The notes under the pieces were generated by a model. The model made no database searches. It saw only the letters and a program-made list of their open reading frames with translations, and had not been told where the DNA came from. This document shows positions 1 to 11,685 of a DNA stretch of 23,027 nucleotides, piece by piece. Both the position numbers and the translations under genes were made by a program. Each line of letters opens with the position of its first letter. Within the stretch, counting starts at the first letter, position 1. The DNA comes from Octopus sinensis (lineage: Eukaryota): positions 1 through 23,027 of the forward strand of contig NW_021836691.1 in NCBI RefSeq assembly GCF_006345805.1. The letters run 5' to 3'.

Positions 1-196
1 TTTTCCCCTTCAAAGCTCTTTTAACAACTCTATTGATCTACCCGAATTCTATATATACAAAACACTGTAAAATAACTCAATATTTTATCATACTTTCATT
101 TATTAAAATCTATAAACTTAGTCCAAAATAATAGATGAAACCTTCCCATCATTCACGTTAAATTAACGATATATGATGGAAACAATGCATTTATTT

Positions 197-212
197 ACTA
201 CACACACATATA

Positions 213-258
<46 letters not shown>

Positions 259-398
259 ATATATATATATATTTAAGGAAACTGAAATATAGTGAAACAT
301 ATAACGAAATAATGTATACGCATATATACAAACGTATGTACATACATAGATACATACATATACATACGTATGCATACATATGTATGTGTGTGTGTGTG

Positions 399-443
<45 letters not shown>
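197..443. repeat. Compound microsatellite (CA/TA, TACA, TG)
   Basis: Direct reading: (TA)n ~217-271, (TACA)n ~338-380, (TG)n ~385-443. Confidence 0.95.
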
Positions 444-445
<2 letters not shown>

Positions 446-577
446 TAGAAACCGGGAGACCGGCTTTATACTCCTTGCAGAGTAATGCGAACTAACTTAA
501 CAACCCCACACGCGTACACACGCACACACATACTTTATTTTTGAGTTAACAAGGCTGCCAGTAGTTTCAAATAAGAT

Positions 578-660
578 ATTCCTTACAATTGTTCAAGTGT
601 ACCAAAATGGAGACGCATACAAACGTTTCCATGTGCTGCGCTTGAATAATTGTAAGGAAT
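578..660. repeat. ~83-bp imperfect hairpin
   Basis: attccttacaattgttcaag (578-597) vs cttgaataattgtaaggaat (641-660), 1 mismatch; inner atggagacg/cgtttccat also pair around an ~8-nt loop. Confidence 0.85.
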
Positions 661-1602
661 CTACAAGTAACCTATAATGACTACTCGAAACAACTGTAAG
701 TCAAATTTACTCCAATAAAGGAAAAATATATAATGACAATTCTTTCTTTCTTTCACACACGCACGCACGCATGCACGCATGCATGCACTCACGCACGTAT
801 GTACGCAGCAGCACCACGCACGCACTCACAACACACACACACACACACAATATATTTATATATTTATACCTAGTATATCACTCTATATAAAACGGTGAAC
901 TATAACCTCGGACCCTGCCATAATTCTATATTGAAGTATTTTTCCCGGATTGGTAATCCCTTACCAATACACACACACACACATAAATAAACTAATATCG
1001 AACACACCACCCACTCACATGCATGCATATATCTGCTTGACTTCCATTTCACCCTATGTTGCTTAGGGCTATATCAGTTCTTCTAACAGGTTGCTGTCTC
1101 GGTCGTTTGACCATTCTCTATTTCCTGAGATGGGGAAGTTGTGAGAGGCACATTACAACTCTTCTCCAGACCAACGTACAGTATGGTGTGGAAAGTAACT
1201 CATGAAGTTTATCTTTTGTCTCATTTTTACTTAAACACCATTGTATAGTCAATATATAATCTAATAAATTTATTTTAACCAATGAGATCACAGGGTGTTA
1301 TTTACTACATTCGTGAGAATACAATTTCGACTAGTAGCAAGTAGTTTTGTTTTTGCACCTCTGATAGGTCTTTCAGAATTGATAAAAATAGTTGTCAAAT
1401 GTCGTTTAAATAACAATTAAATCAGGACCATGTATTACCCACACGCACATACACACATATACATAGCTTCCTATATATACATTTATATTTATGAGACAAG
1501 ACAACACTTTAGATGGTAGTTAGGTCAGATAGTAGTAGCAGCCATATCTCACTCAATTACTCCACTGACATGAATACATAAATACTACATAAACTGAACA
1601 CA

Positions 1603-2015
1603 CATGCACGCACACGCACGCATGCACACGCACGCATGCACACGCACGCATGCACACGCACGCATGCACACGCCCGCATGCACACGAACGCATGCACACG
1701 CACGCATGCACACGCACGCATGCACACGCACGCCTGCACACGCACGCATGCACACGCCTCATGCACACGCACGGCGATGCACACGCACGCAACGCACGCC
1801 ACGCACACTCACGCACGCGCACGCACGCACCGCCGCACGCACGCACAACGCACGCCGCGCACTACGCACGCGCACGCACGCACGCGCACGCACGCACGCG
1901 CACGCACGCACGCGCACGCACGCACGCGCACGCAACCCCACGCACGACGCACCACTCACGCACAGGCAAGCACGCACACGCACGCACGCACGCACACGCA
2001 CGCACGCACGCACGC
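1603..2015. repeat. GC-rich minisatellite: 14-bp unit gcatgcacacgcac degrading into (CGCA)n
   Basis: About a dozen near-identical 14-mers to ~1780, then irregular cgca/cgcg repeats; source of the HAR/CVR ORFs. Confidence 0.92.
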
Positions 2016-2124
2016 CATCGCAAACACATTACATAAGATCATTCATAATATCATTAATCTTATAGAAGTTTGTATGGGTGAATATTTATAGATATGATAT
2101 ATGCATACATAAATATAATCTTTA

Positions 2125-2226
2125 TATATATACATATATATATGTATATATATATATATTATTATATATATATATATATAGTATATATATATGTGTGTGT
2201 GGTGTGTGTGTGTTGTGTGGGTGTGT
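2125..2226. repeat. (TA)n/(TG)n microsatellite
   Basis: Direct reading. Confidence 0.9.
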
Positions 2227-2451
2227 GGTAAGAAGTATAAAAAGGAAGAAGTCAGTCATTTTACTACAGCTGTTAAGAGCTCAGCTGTCTATTAGATACA
2301 TTTTGAAATCTGATGATTACTACGAACATTGAAAAGCGATAAGTGAACTTTATGAACATTACAAAATATATTTTTTAATGTTTAACCACTTCAACATTGT
2401 AAAAAAATTTACTTTTGAAATACCATAATTAAAAAGCGTGAAAACCAGGTT

Positions 2452-2507
2452 TATATATATGTAATATATATATATATTATATATATATATATTATATATA
2501 TATATAT

Positions 2508-2551
<44 letters not shown>

Positions 2552-2600
2552 CTATAATAGATAGATAGACAGCAGACAGACACACGCACAGACACATATA
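2452..2600. repeat. (TA)n with GATA/GACA tail
   Basis: Direct reading. Confidence 0.9.
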
Positions 2601-3025
2601 ACCAAAGTATACCAAATTTTTCTGACTTTGGTGATGTTCTTGTACATATATATACATGTATATATATGTATGTATACATACATTCATGTATACAACCATA
2701 TGTATTGTAAAGTTTACAAAGGTTATGCAATCTCTGGTGATTTGATAATGTAATCCGCTGATAAGGTTTTTCTATGATGAATTAGCTTATGAATAAAATG
2801 TGTGTGAGATAACATAACTAAAAATGCATGAACAAACTCTCTTGTTTTCCACCTTCTGTTTCTTTCTTTCGTTCTCTCTTTATGTATGTGTGTGTGTGCA
2901 TGTGTATGCCTATATGTTTGCATGTGTGTATGTATGTTGTAAGTTGATAAAGTTCATTGCATAATCATTTGACATCTCTTTTTTCTTATGTATGTGACAC
3001 ATTAAGTAGACAGAAGTGAACACCA

Positions 3026-3040
3026 GTGTGTGAATGTATG

Positions 3041-3093
<53 letters not shown>

Positions 3094-3126
3094 GTGTTTG
3101 TGTGCGTGCGTGTATGTATGCATGTA

Positions 3127-3164
<38 letters not shown>

Positions 3165-3176
3165 CTCCACACACAT
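3026..3176. repeat. (TA)n(TG)n(CT)n compound microsatellite
   Basis: Direct reading. Confidence 0.93.
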
Positions 3177-3254
3177 ATTACAATGAAAAATTCGGACGCA
3201 TGAATGTTAATATTCTTAACTTATTACACCTGGAAAAGTACAGAACAAGATTCG

Positions 3255-3326
3255 TACAGTAGAATTTGCCTATTACGTCACCAGTAAAGGAAACTAAAAA
3301 GTACTTAAAATTAAAATTCTACTGTA
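3255..3326. mobile_element. Mini Tc1/pogo-type MITE remnant (TA-CAGTAGAATT...AATTCTACTG-TA)
   Basis: Perfect 12-bp inverted ends tacagtagaatt/aattctactgta including TA flanks. Confidence 0.6.
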
Positions 3327-3574
3327 CTTAAAATATTGCAACCGAAAATAACATTTTAAAAATTTACTATATTTTATAAAAACAAAAATTATAAGAACAT
3401 TACTGGGTTTTTCCAAAAATACGCCCATCTGATTTTAAGCCGATGAGTTTATATACAGACATTCCTGTCATGTATAGCCCCAGCAAGTTTTATTATTTTC
3501 AGAAAAAAAAAAAAATTATTTGGGCTTAGATTTGGAAAAAGCCGTATTTTAAAAATGAAATAATATAAAATTAA

Positions 3575-3679
3575 TACAGTAAATTTCGCCTCATTAGTTA
3601 TCCCTAGAAGAAAATTGAAAGTGACGAATTAGGTGAAATAACGAATTAGCCAAAGACGAACTAGACTAATTCTACTGTA
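3575..3679. mobile_element. Tc1/pogo-type MITE remnant with repeated subterminal motif
   Basis: tacagtaaattt...aattctactgta ends; internal gacgaattagg/aacgaattagc/gacgaactaga repeats. Confidence 0.65.
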
Positions 3680-4123
3680 TTAATGTCAACTAATAAATTT
3701 TACTTATGATTTATTTATCAAATTACTTTACTTATGATTTATTTGTCAGATTAATTAATGTGGACGAATTGACTGAGCATGTAGCTTATCTGAAACCGTT
3801 CTACAGCAATCAATGATTATTTTGTAATGGCATTTCAATTTAAGTGAAAAAAATCTTGCGCAATATTATTTAGAACTTCATATTTTATTGTTTGTACTTG
3901 CTACAACTAAATAAAATGACTATTTTAATTGTATACATCAAAAGATGTGACTTAAAAAGATTTTTTTTTTGTTTGAGTTTATTTTTGATTATTATTGTAC
4001 CATGTTTTTAAAGATTCACTTGTTTTCTAGATTCATATAATAAATAAAATAAATTATCTCAAATTTACCTAATATAATATATTTTAATTTTAAAAATGTT
4101 ATTCTCGGATGCAATATTTTAAG

Positions 4124-4195
4124 TACAGTAGAATTTTAATTTTCAGTACTTTTTAGTTTTCTTTAGAGGTGATGAATTAGGCAAATTTTACTGTA
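4124..4195. mobile_element. Inverted counterpart of the 3255-3326 mini-MITE
   Basis: tacagtagaatt...aaattttactgta within the right arm. Confidence 0.6.
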
Positions 4196-5241
4196 GAAAC
4201 CTTATTCTGTACTTCTCCTGGTGTAATAACTTTAAGAATATTAACTTGCATTCACTCGCATTTTTCATTGCAATCCACATTTTTCCAGGCAATGCAATAA
4301 AACTAATAAATATTCTTTTGTTAAAAAATATTTGAATTATTTTTCATTGTTGATGATTGAATTAAAATAAGAATTTTATGTTGTGTTTTCTTTTAATCGT
4401 CACATATTTTTTCTTAAATTCTAAAAATAAGAACAAGTTTTCTGGACAGAGTTTCGTTGCATTGGCTAATATAAAAATGACTTTAAAAAGCCAATGCATC
4501 CATCGTAAAGCACGAAGAGTTACCTGCCCTTTTGCTTTTTCTGAACAGCATTACTAAAAACTTTCAAGTCTGCCCATTGAAAGAAAGAAACAATAATTTT
4601 GTTTCATTAAATTTTGAGGAATAATTTTTTTTTAAATGAAGCTTTCATATATATGCTAAAATTCTATATTATAATCCAGTTTTCATAAACTAATTTAAAA
4701 CTGCAATTTGTATAAATAAAATATAATCCACATATTTAAAAATGCAAAAATAGCCAAAACATCTACCGTAAGGTAGGAGGATCCACCTGCCCTTGTAAGG
4801 CAAAGTTAGTTTGTTAGTCGAAATTCATGCAAAAACATATAATAATAATAATAAAGCCTGCAATTCAGCTACAGTTCTTGTCAATTTGCCTGAAAAAAAA
4901 ATCTGAATTCTGCTCCTCCGAAAATCCAATCATACTATCTGAAAGCAAAACCCTTGTCAATTTACCCTAAGAAATAATAATCTAAGTTCTGCTACTCTTA
5001 ATATTGAATTAAAGTTTAAAAGCAAACAAAAAACTTATTGAAATTTTAGAAGTTCTTACAACCTTGATCTTCGTAATTCTTTGTTTTCGTTTGTTTAATA
5101 AAAATTCCTCCTCGTATAATGATTTTGCTTTCATTTTGTGATAGACAACTAAAATGCAGAAATTGTCAGCTCTTAAATTCTGTTTTCTGATTAGATGAAA
5201 ATGATTAAACTTTAAACTTCAGTAATATTTTTTTGCAATAA

Positions 5242-5345
5242 GTATGTATGTATGTATGTATGTATGTATGTATGTATGTATGTATGTATGTATGTATGTA
5301 TGTATGTATGTATGTATGTATGTATGTGCGTGTGTCTGTGTGTGA
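5242..5345. repeat. (TATG)n microsatellite
   Basis: About 21 perfect units followed by a TG tract. Confidence 0.97.
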
Positions 5346-5897
5346 GTGTTTACGATGAACAGCAGAGAAGAGTTCACTTGTCATTAATTGTTGTCAACTT
5401 GCCACCTCTCTTCTTAAAACTACGTATTTGTCACACTAACCTTTGTTTCCCTTCATGGACGTTTTAAAAGTTACTTAAGTGTATGTGCGTGTATGTGTGT
5501 GCATTGTGTGTGTGTGTGCGTGTATTTACGAAAGTATGCATGCTGTGTCATGTGTATATCCCTGAAGTCGATTTTAGGCGTTATTTTCCCCTTTTTGACT
5601 TCACATATTTGAAATGTCAACTTTTTTTCTACTGAACCAAATTCGAAGTTTTGTAGTTCAATATAGATTAGGAGGTGACCAATCTAAAAATATATAAACA
5701 TCATCAAATTTGGTAAAAACCTGAATTAGTGACAAAGAGTAGAAGTGGTCGCGAGTAAGTAAATGTTGACCTTTAGAATATTATTCACACACGGCAGTGT
5801 GTGAATGATATTTATTATAATATAGTGCATTCTATGAATATGAGATAGATCTTTGCAAGATACCTAAATACTGAATTGAATCAAACATTTTGCAATA

Positions 5898-6091
5898 TTG
5901 GTTTCCAATTTTGGCAGATGGCCATCGAATCCGGAGGGGGCGGAAGCTGATTACATCGACCTCAGTGCGTAGCTGATACCCATTTTAACAGATAAAAGGC
6001 AAAGACGACCTTGGCGCATTTTGAACTCAGAATGTAGAGACAGGCGCGATTTCACCATGCGTGTTAACGACTCTACCAGCTCGTCGTCTTA
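5898..6091 (-). mobile_element. tRNA-derived SINE, family A (diverged)
   Basis: Minus strand: A-box-like gagctggtagagtcg, B-box-like gagttcaaa, then gtcgtctttgcctttta; homologous to 14370-14586. Confidence 0.8.
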
Positions 6092-7128
6092 GTACTGTAA
6101 TAAGTAATAATTTTACTTGAAAATTGTTTTTACGTACTTTCAGTACATTTAGCTTATATAATAACTTTTTTCATTTTGAATATTTTTTGAAAAGATTAGC
6201 ACCACGACATTCGTCTTGATGAATTCTATCTTATGAGCTAAGCAAAAACAAGATTTATACACAAAAACAAAATGTTGAGGTTTTGAATTTGATTTTTGGC
6301 GTTAGCACATTTAAAATTTTTTTTATATAAATAGCATAATGGGATTCCTATAGTCGAGATCTATCTCCTTTTTTTCGCCTTAGTACTTTTCTTCCTCGGT
6401 ACTTTTTACCTCATTATTTCTTTTTTCTACTGAATATTTTTAAATATAACTAACATAAATAGATTCCGATCGTCGAGATCTATCATATAGATTTATTAAA
6501 AATATATATATATTTGGGCTCAAAGTCGATTTCAGGTGTTGTTCTCCGGTTTGTGTCCCCACATATTTGACTCAAACTTTTTTCTACTGAACCCATCTTC
6601 AAATTTTTTAGCTCGAAATGTAGCTCATGATGTGATCAAACTAAAAACGTAAAGATCATCTTATTTGGTTAAAAACTGAATTAGTGACCAAGTCTAGAAG
6701 TGGTCGTGAGTGAGTAAATGGTGACCTTAAGAATATTATTCACACACTACCGTGTGTGAATGATGTTTTTTGAAAAGATTAGCACCACACCTTGATGAGT
6801 TCTATCATATAAAGTAAAAACAAATTTAGGTGCTGAATTTATTTTAGGCGTTACCATTTTTTTCGGCATATTTGGCCCCAGTATTTTGATATAATTGGCA
6901 TCATCGGATTCCTCTAGTGGAGATCTATCAGAAAAGTTGAATTTAAATATAGTTTTCTTTTGAAATAAGAATAATATTTGGAGTGAAAGTCGATTTCAAG
7001 CGTTAAGCTCCTTCTTTTTTTTCGCCGGTTTTTACTTCAGTGCTTTTTTCTACTGAATATTTTTGCATATAAGTAACATGGATATGTTCCTCTCCACGAG
7101 ATCTACATATAAGCTACAATAAAATATA

Positions 7129-7392
7129 ATAAAAATAAAATAAATGTTCCTTCTCGAGCCATGCCAGGTTCATAAGGGCCTGTTTCCCGGTTTCAGTGGC
7201 GTAGGAATTCCCCACCTGGACGGGACGCCGGTCCGTCGCAGGATTACTCATTTTTGCCAGCTGAGTGAACTAGAGCAACGGGAAATGAAGTGTTTTGCTC
7301 AAGAACTCAACGCATCGTTCGGCCCAGGAATCGGAACCACAACCATACGATCATAAGTTCAAGACCCTAACCACTAAGCCACGCGCCTCCAC
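7129..7392 (-). mobile_element. tRNA-derived CORE-like SINE, family B1, full length with 13-bp TSD
   Basis: A box tggcttagtgg, B box ggttccgattcc, CORE-like ttcttgagcaaaacactt, (TTTTA)n tail; TSD acaataaaatata at 7116-7128 and 7393-7405. Confidence 0.88.
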
Positions 7393-7696
7393 ACAATAAA
7401 ATATAGATTTCTTTTTTAAAATATTTGGTCTCAAAGGCAATTTCCCGTGTTTGACCGCACGTATTCTACTGAAACATTTTTCTACTGAACCAATTTTCAA
7501 ATTTTGCAGCTGAAAATGTAGCTTAGGGCGTGGCCAGTCTAAAAACGTAAACATCATCTAATTTGGTTAAAAAGTGAGTTAGTGACAAAGCCTAGAATTG
7601 GTCGCGTGTGAGTAAATGTTAACCGTAAGAATATTATTCACACACGGTAGTGTGTGAATGATAATATAATATGATATATGATATAATATCTAATAT

Positions 7697-7892
<196 letters not shown>

Positions 7893-8118
7893 TGTATAGC
7901 AAAGCATGCTTGATAATTAGATATTTTGTCTCTGTGGAACTATACTGTGAATAGTTCATAAAAATCTCCGATAATTAGAGCTGAAAGAACACAGACATGC
8001 GTTTCGTTTTCTCAAAAGCCCATCAGGGCGCTTATACCAATTTCCAGTTCATGAAGTTAGAACGAATAAATGTAGTTGTCACTCCTTGCGAGCAATTTTT
8101 TTCAAAACAAATCAGTCG

Positions 8119-8455
8119 TCTTTTACTTGTTTCAGTGATTGGATTTCAGCCATGCTGGGGCATCGTCTTGAAAGAATTAATCGAATCATCGATCTCAGCA
8201 TTTATTCTTAAGTCTGCTCCTTATTCTATTGAACTCCATTTGGCGAATCGCTAAGTTACGGCGACGTAAATAAACTAACCAGTTATCGAGCGGTGGGAGT
8301 GGCAAACAACAAACATAGAAACACGCATATATATGTATATGTTCATATAAGATGAGCTTCAGCACAGTTTCCATTTGCCAAATCCTCTCAGAAGGCTTGA
8401 CTGGCCCGAGACTATAATTGAAGACGCCCAACATATCATGCAGTAGGACCGACGA
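8119..8455 (-). mobile_element. SINE family C (internal microsatellite), old 5'-truncated copy
   Basis: Colinear with 8472-8970 and 9193-9604: ttttacttgtttcagt...catgctgggg...gctaagttacgg...ggcccgagactata...gcagtaggac. Confidence 0.85.
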
Positions 8456-8471
8456 TGAAAACACAATCTTG

Positions 8472-8640
8472 TTTTTACTCTTTTACTTGTTTCAGTCATT
8501 TGACTGCGGCCATGCTGGAGCACCGCCTTTAGTCGAGCAAATCGACCGCAGGACTTATTCTTTGTAAGCATAGTACTTATCATCGGTTGTCAATCGATGT
8601 TGGTGGGACAAAACACAAAACACCACACAACACTATTGTG

Positions 8641-8673
<33 letters not shown>

Positions 8674-8970
8674 TATATAATGTGTATATATATATATATC
8701 TATATATATATATATATATAGTTATATATATATATATAATATATATATATATAGTATATTGTAGTAATATATATATATATATATGATATATATACTATAC
8801 ATATTCTATATACGACGAGCTTCTTTCAGCTTCCGTCTAACAAATCCATCCACAAGGCTTTGGTCGGCCCGAGGCTACGCAGAAGACACTTGCCCAAGTG
8901 GCCACGCAGTGGGACTGAATCCGGAACCATGTGGTTGGTAAGCAAGCTACTTCCACACAGCCCTCCACGC
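8472..8970 (-). mobile_element. SINE family C with expanded internal (TA)n and an internal deletion
   Basis: Minus-strand head ggctgtgtggaagtagcttgc...ggttccggattcagtccc, CORE-like cacttgggcaagtgtctt, (TA)-rich tract ~8641-8812, tail gactgaaacaagtaaaagagtaaaaa. Confidence 0.9.
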
Positions 8971-9149
8971 AATGTAAATAATTTTTCAAAAAAACAGTAA
9001 CTCTTCAGAAAACTCACAACATGGCAATGATAATAGTCCTCGTCATTTTTTTTTATGAAGATGAAATATGAGTATTACTTTAATTGTTAACTGTCAACAG
9101 TACATATTTGAGTACTGAGAATATGTTTATCAGACATATATTATATAAT

Positions 9150-9182
<33 letters not shown>

Positions 9183-9192
9183 TCATATGATA

Positions 9193-9604
9193 TTTTTATT
9201 CTTTTATTTGTTACATTAATTAGATTGCGGTCATGCTGGGGCACCGACTTAAAGGGTCTTAGTCGAAGAAATCGATCCTAAGTCTTATTCTTTGTAAACC
9301 AAGTACTTATTCTATCGGTCTCTTTTGTCAAGTGGCTAAGTTACGAGTGACATAAACAGACCAGCATCGGTTGTCAGGCGATGGTGGGGGTACAAACACA
9401 GATAAACACACACACACTCATATATATATATGTATACATACGACGGGCCTCTTTCAGCTTCCGTCTGCCAAATCTACTCACAAGGCTTTAGTCGGCCCGA
9501 GGCTGTAGTAGAAGACACTTGCTCAAGGTGTCATGCAGTAGGACTGAACCCGGAACCATGTCGTTTGGAAGCAAGCTTCTTACCACACAGCAACGCATGT
9601 GCCT
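9193..9604 (-). mobile_element. SINE family C, near full length
   Basis: Minus-strand aggcacatgcgttgctgtgtggtaagaagcttgc...ggttccgggttcagtcc...ccttgagcaagtgtctt; same body as the two upstream copies. Confidence 0.9.
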
Positions 9605-9617
9605 ACATGTACATATG

Positions 9618-9674
<57 letters not shown>

Positions 9675-9791
9675 GTGTGTGTGTGTGTGAGGAAAAAGGA
9701 CAACAAAAACCAAGGCAGGACGAGTATCTCAAGTCATTTAGAATATTTAATTAGAATAAGGTGAATTTAAAGTAATTAATTAATTATTGGA

Positions 9792-9875
9792 TCTTACAGC
9801 TGTTTCGCTGTTTCTGGGATATGCTAAGTGATAGGTTAGCGTCTCCATACATTGGATATTCCGTCGTCAGAGACA
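9792..9875 (-). ncRNA. Type I hammerhead ribozyme motif (left arm of palindrome 1)
   Basis: Minus strand: tgtct CTGACGA cggaatat...atatccca gaaacagc GAAA cagctg TA aga; intact core boxes, palindromic stem III acagctgt, GUA site; 8-bp duplication and shortened stem I. Confidence 0.65.
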
Positions 9876-9976
9876 AGGTGAGTATATACTGCTCTACTGT
9901 TTTACTCTTTATTATTTCTATTTTATTCTTTTACAAACTGTGAATTCCCTGTCTAGAACTTTCTACATACTCACAT

Positions 9977-10054
9977 TGTCTCTGTTGACGGAATATCCAG
10001 TGTATGGAGATGCTAACCTATCACTTCACATATCCCAGAAACAGTTGTAAGACA
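9977..10054 (+). ncRNA. Type I hammerhead ribozyme motif, core-mutated (right arm of palindrome 1)
   Basis: tgtct CTGTTGA cggaatat...atatccca GAAA cagttg TA agaca; 5-bp stem I tgtct/agaca; A6 replaced by U. Confidence 0.6.
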
Positions 10055-10166
10055 TCCAATAATTAACTAATTACTCCAAATTCACCTTACTCTAATTAAA
10101 TATTCTAAATGACTTTGAGATACTCGTGCTGCCTTGGTTTTTGTTATCCTTTTTACCTCTAATATA

Positions 10167-10214
10167 ACTCGGAAACCTACTCAGAAACTCGGAAACCTTA
10201 CTAGGAAACCTACT
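10167..10214. repeat. Short tandem repeat of ~actcggaaacct (4 degenerate units)
   Basis: actcggaaacct actcagaa actcggaaacctt actaggaaacct act. Confidence 0.75.
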
Positions 10215-10325
10215 ACGAATCTGTAGCTCTAGACTTAGCTGTGAACTTGGAACCTAACGGATGACCAATTATAGCACTTACACAGTGTACCTATTCGTTT
10301 AGATCACCAGTGAACTAACTCTTCA

Positions 10326-11365
<1,040 letters not shown>

Positions 11366-11574
11366 ACAGCCATATATAATAATAATATTTGGGCCCACCA
11401 CCACCCACGACTCCATTCCCATTCTCATGTCTCACGTCTGAATGAGTGAGTGGGTCTCGTTTAAAACCTCTCTTCCTCCATCTACCTTGAAGCAGCAATA
11501 TATATTTTTAGACACAAATGCAGCAGCTAGCACCGTCCGCTACAACTGCAGTCACAATTGCACCATCGAGACCA

Positions 11575-11685
11575 GCAACTGCAACAGCTATATAACAGCA
11601 CCAACAGCAACAGCAACAACAATAATAACAACATCAAAGAAAACACTAACAACAAAAATAACAACAACAACAACAACATCAATCA
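11575..11685. repeat. Degenerate (CAG/AAC/AAT)n trinucleotide tract
   Basis: cagcaacagcaacaacaataataacaac...aacaacaacaacaacaac. Confidence 0.85.

Larger units (their letters stand above)
3177..4273. mobile_element. Fold-back/MITE-like DNA element with ~190-bp inverted arms (3177-~3365 and ~4086-4273)
   Basis: Left arm attacaatgaaaaat...gttaatattcttaa...aaaattctactgtacttaaaatattgca...aataacattttaaaa matches the reverse complement of 4086-4273 along its length with scattered mismatches; no ORF inside. Confidence 0.8.
5563..7662. mobile_element. Tandem array of three copies of a non-autonomous element ending in a stem-loop (possibly Helitron/Helentron-like), interrupted by two SINEs
   Basis: ~250-bp block aagtcgattt...ttttttctactgaacc...attagtgacaaag...gtggtcgcgagt...aatattattcacacacNNNNgtgtgtgaatga at ~5565-5810, ~6510-6764, ~7421-7662; second block ttttgaaaagattagcaccac at ~6185 and ~6767; gagatcta sub-repeat at ~6356, 6475, 6921, 7098. 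Class assignment is inference. Confidence 0.7.
9689..10159. mobile_element. Palindromic element 1: ~200-bp inverted arms, 75-bp spacer; Penelope-terminal-repeat-like
   Basis: 9689-9888 is the reverse complement of 9964-10159 with few mismatches/indels; hammerhead motif in each arm. Confidence 0.85.

Noticed and set aside
1035-1200. Possible LINE 3' end on the minus strand
   Set aside because: No recognisable protein motif in the frames I translated
1310-1380. Minus-strand ctgaaagac...gtcgaaa hammerhead-like motif
   Set aside because: Core box incomplete and stem III not supportable
2255-2345. ctgatga...gaaa at 2310-2335 and tacagctgtt nearby as a hammerhead
   Set aside because: No convincing stems I-III could be formed
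4458-4997. 10-bp inverted repeat tgcattggct/agccaatgca, two acctgccctt motifs and a ~45-bp direct repeat (4877, 4953)
   Set aside because: Probably remnants of an old DNA element, but too short to define or classify
5563-7662. CRISPR-like or terminator reading of the repeated hairpin
   Set aside because: Spacing is ~900 bp, flanks are homologous rather than unique spacers, and the context is eukaryotic
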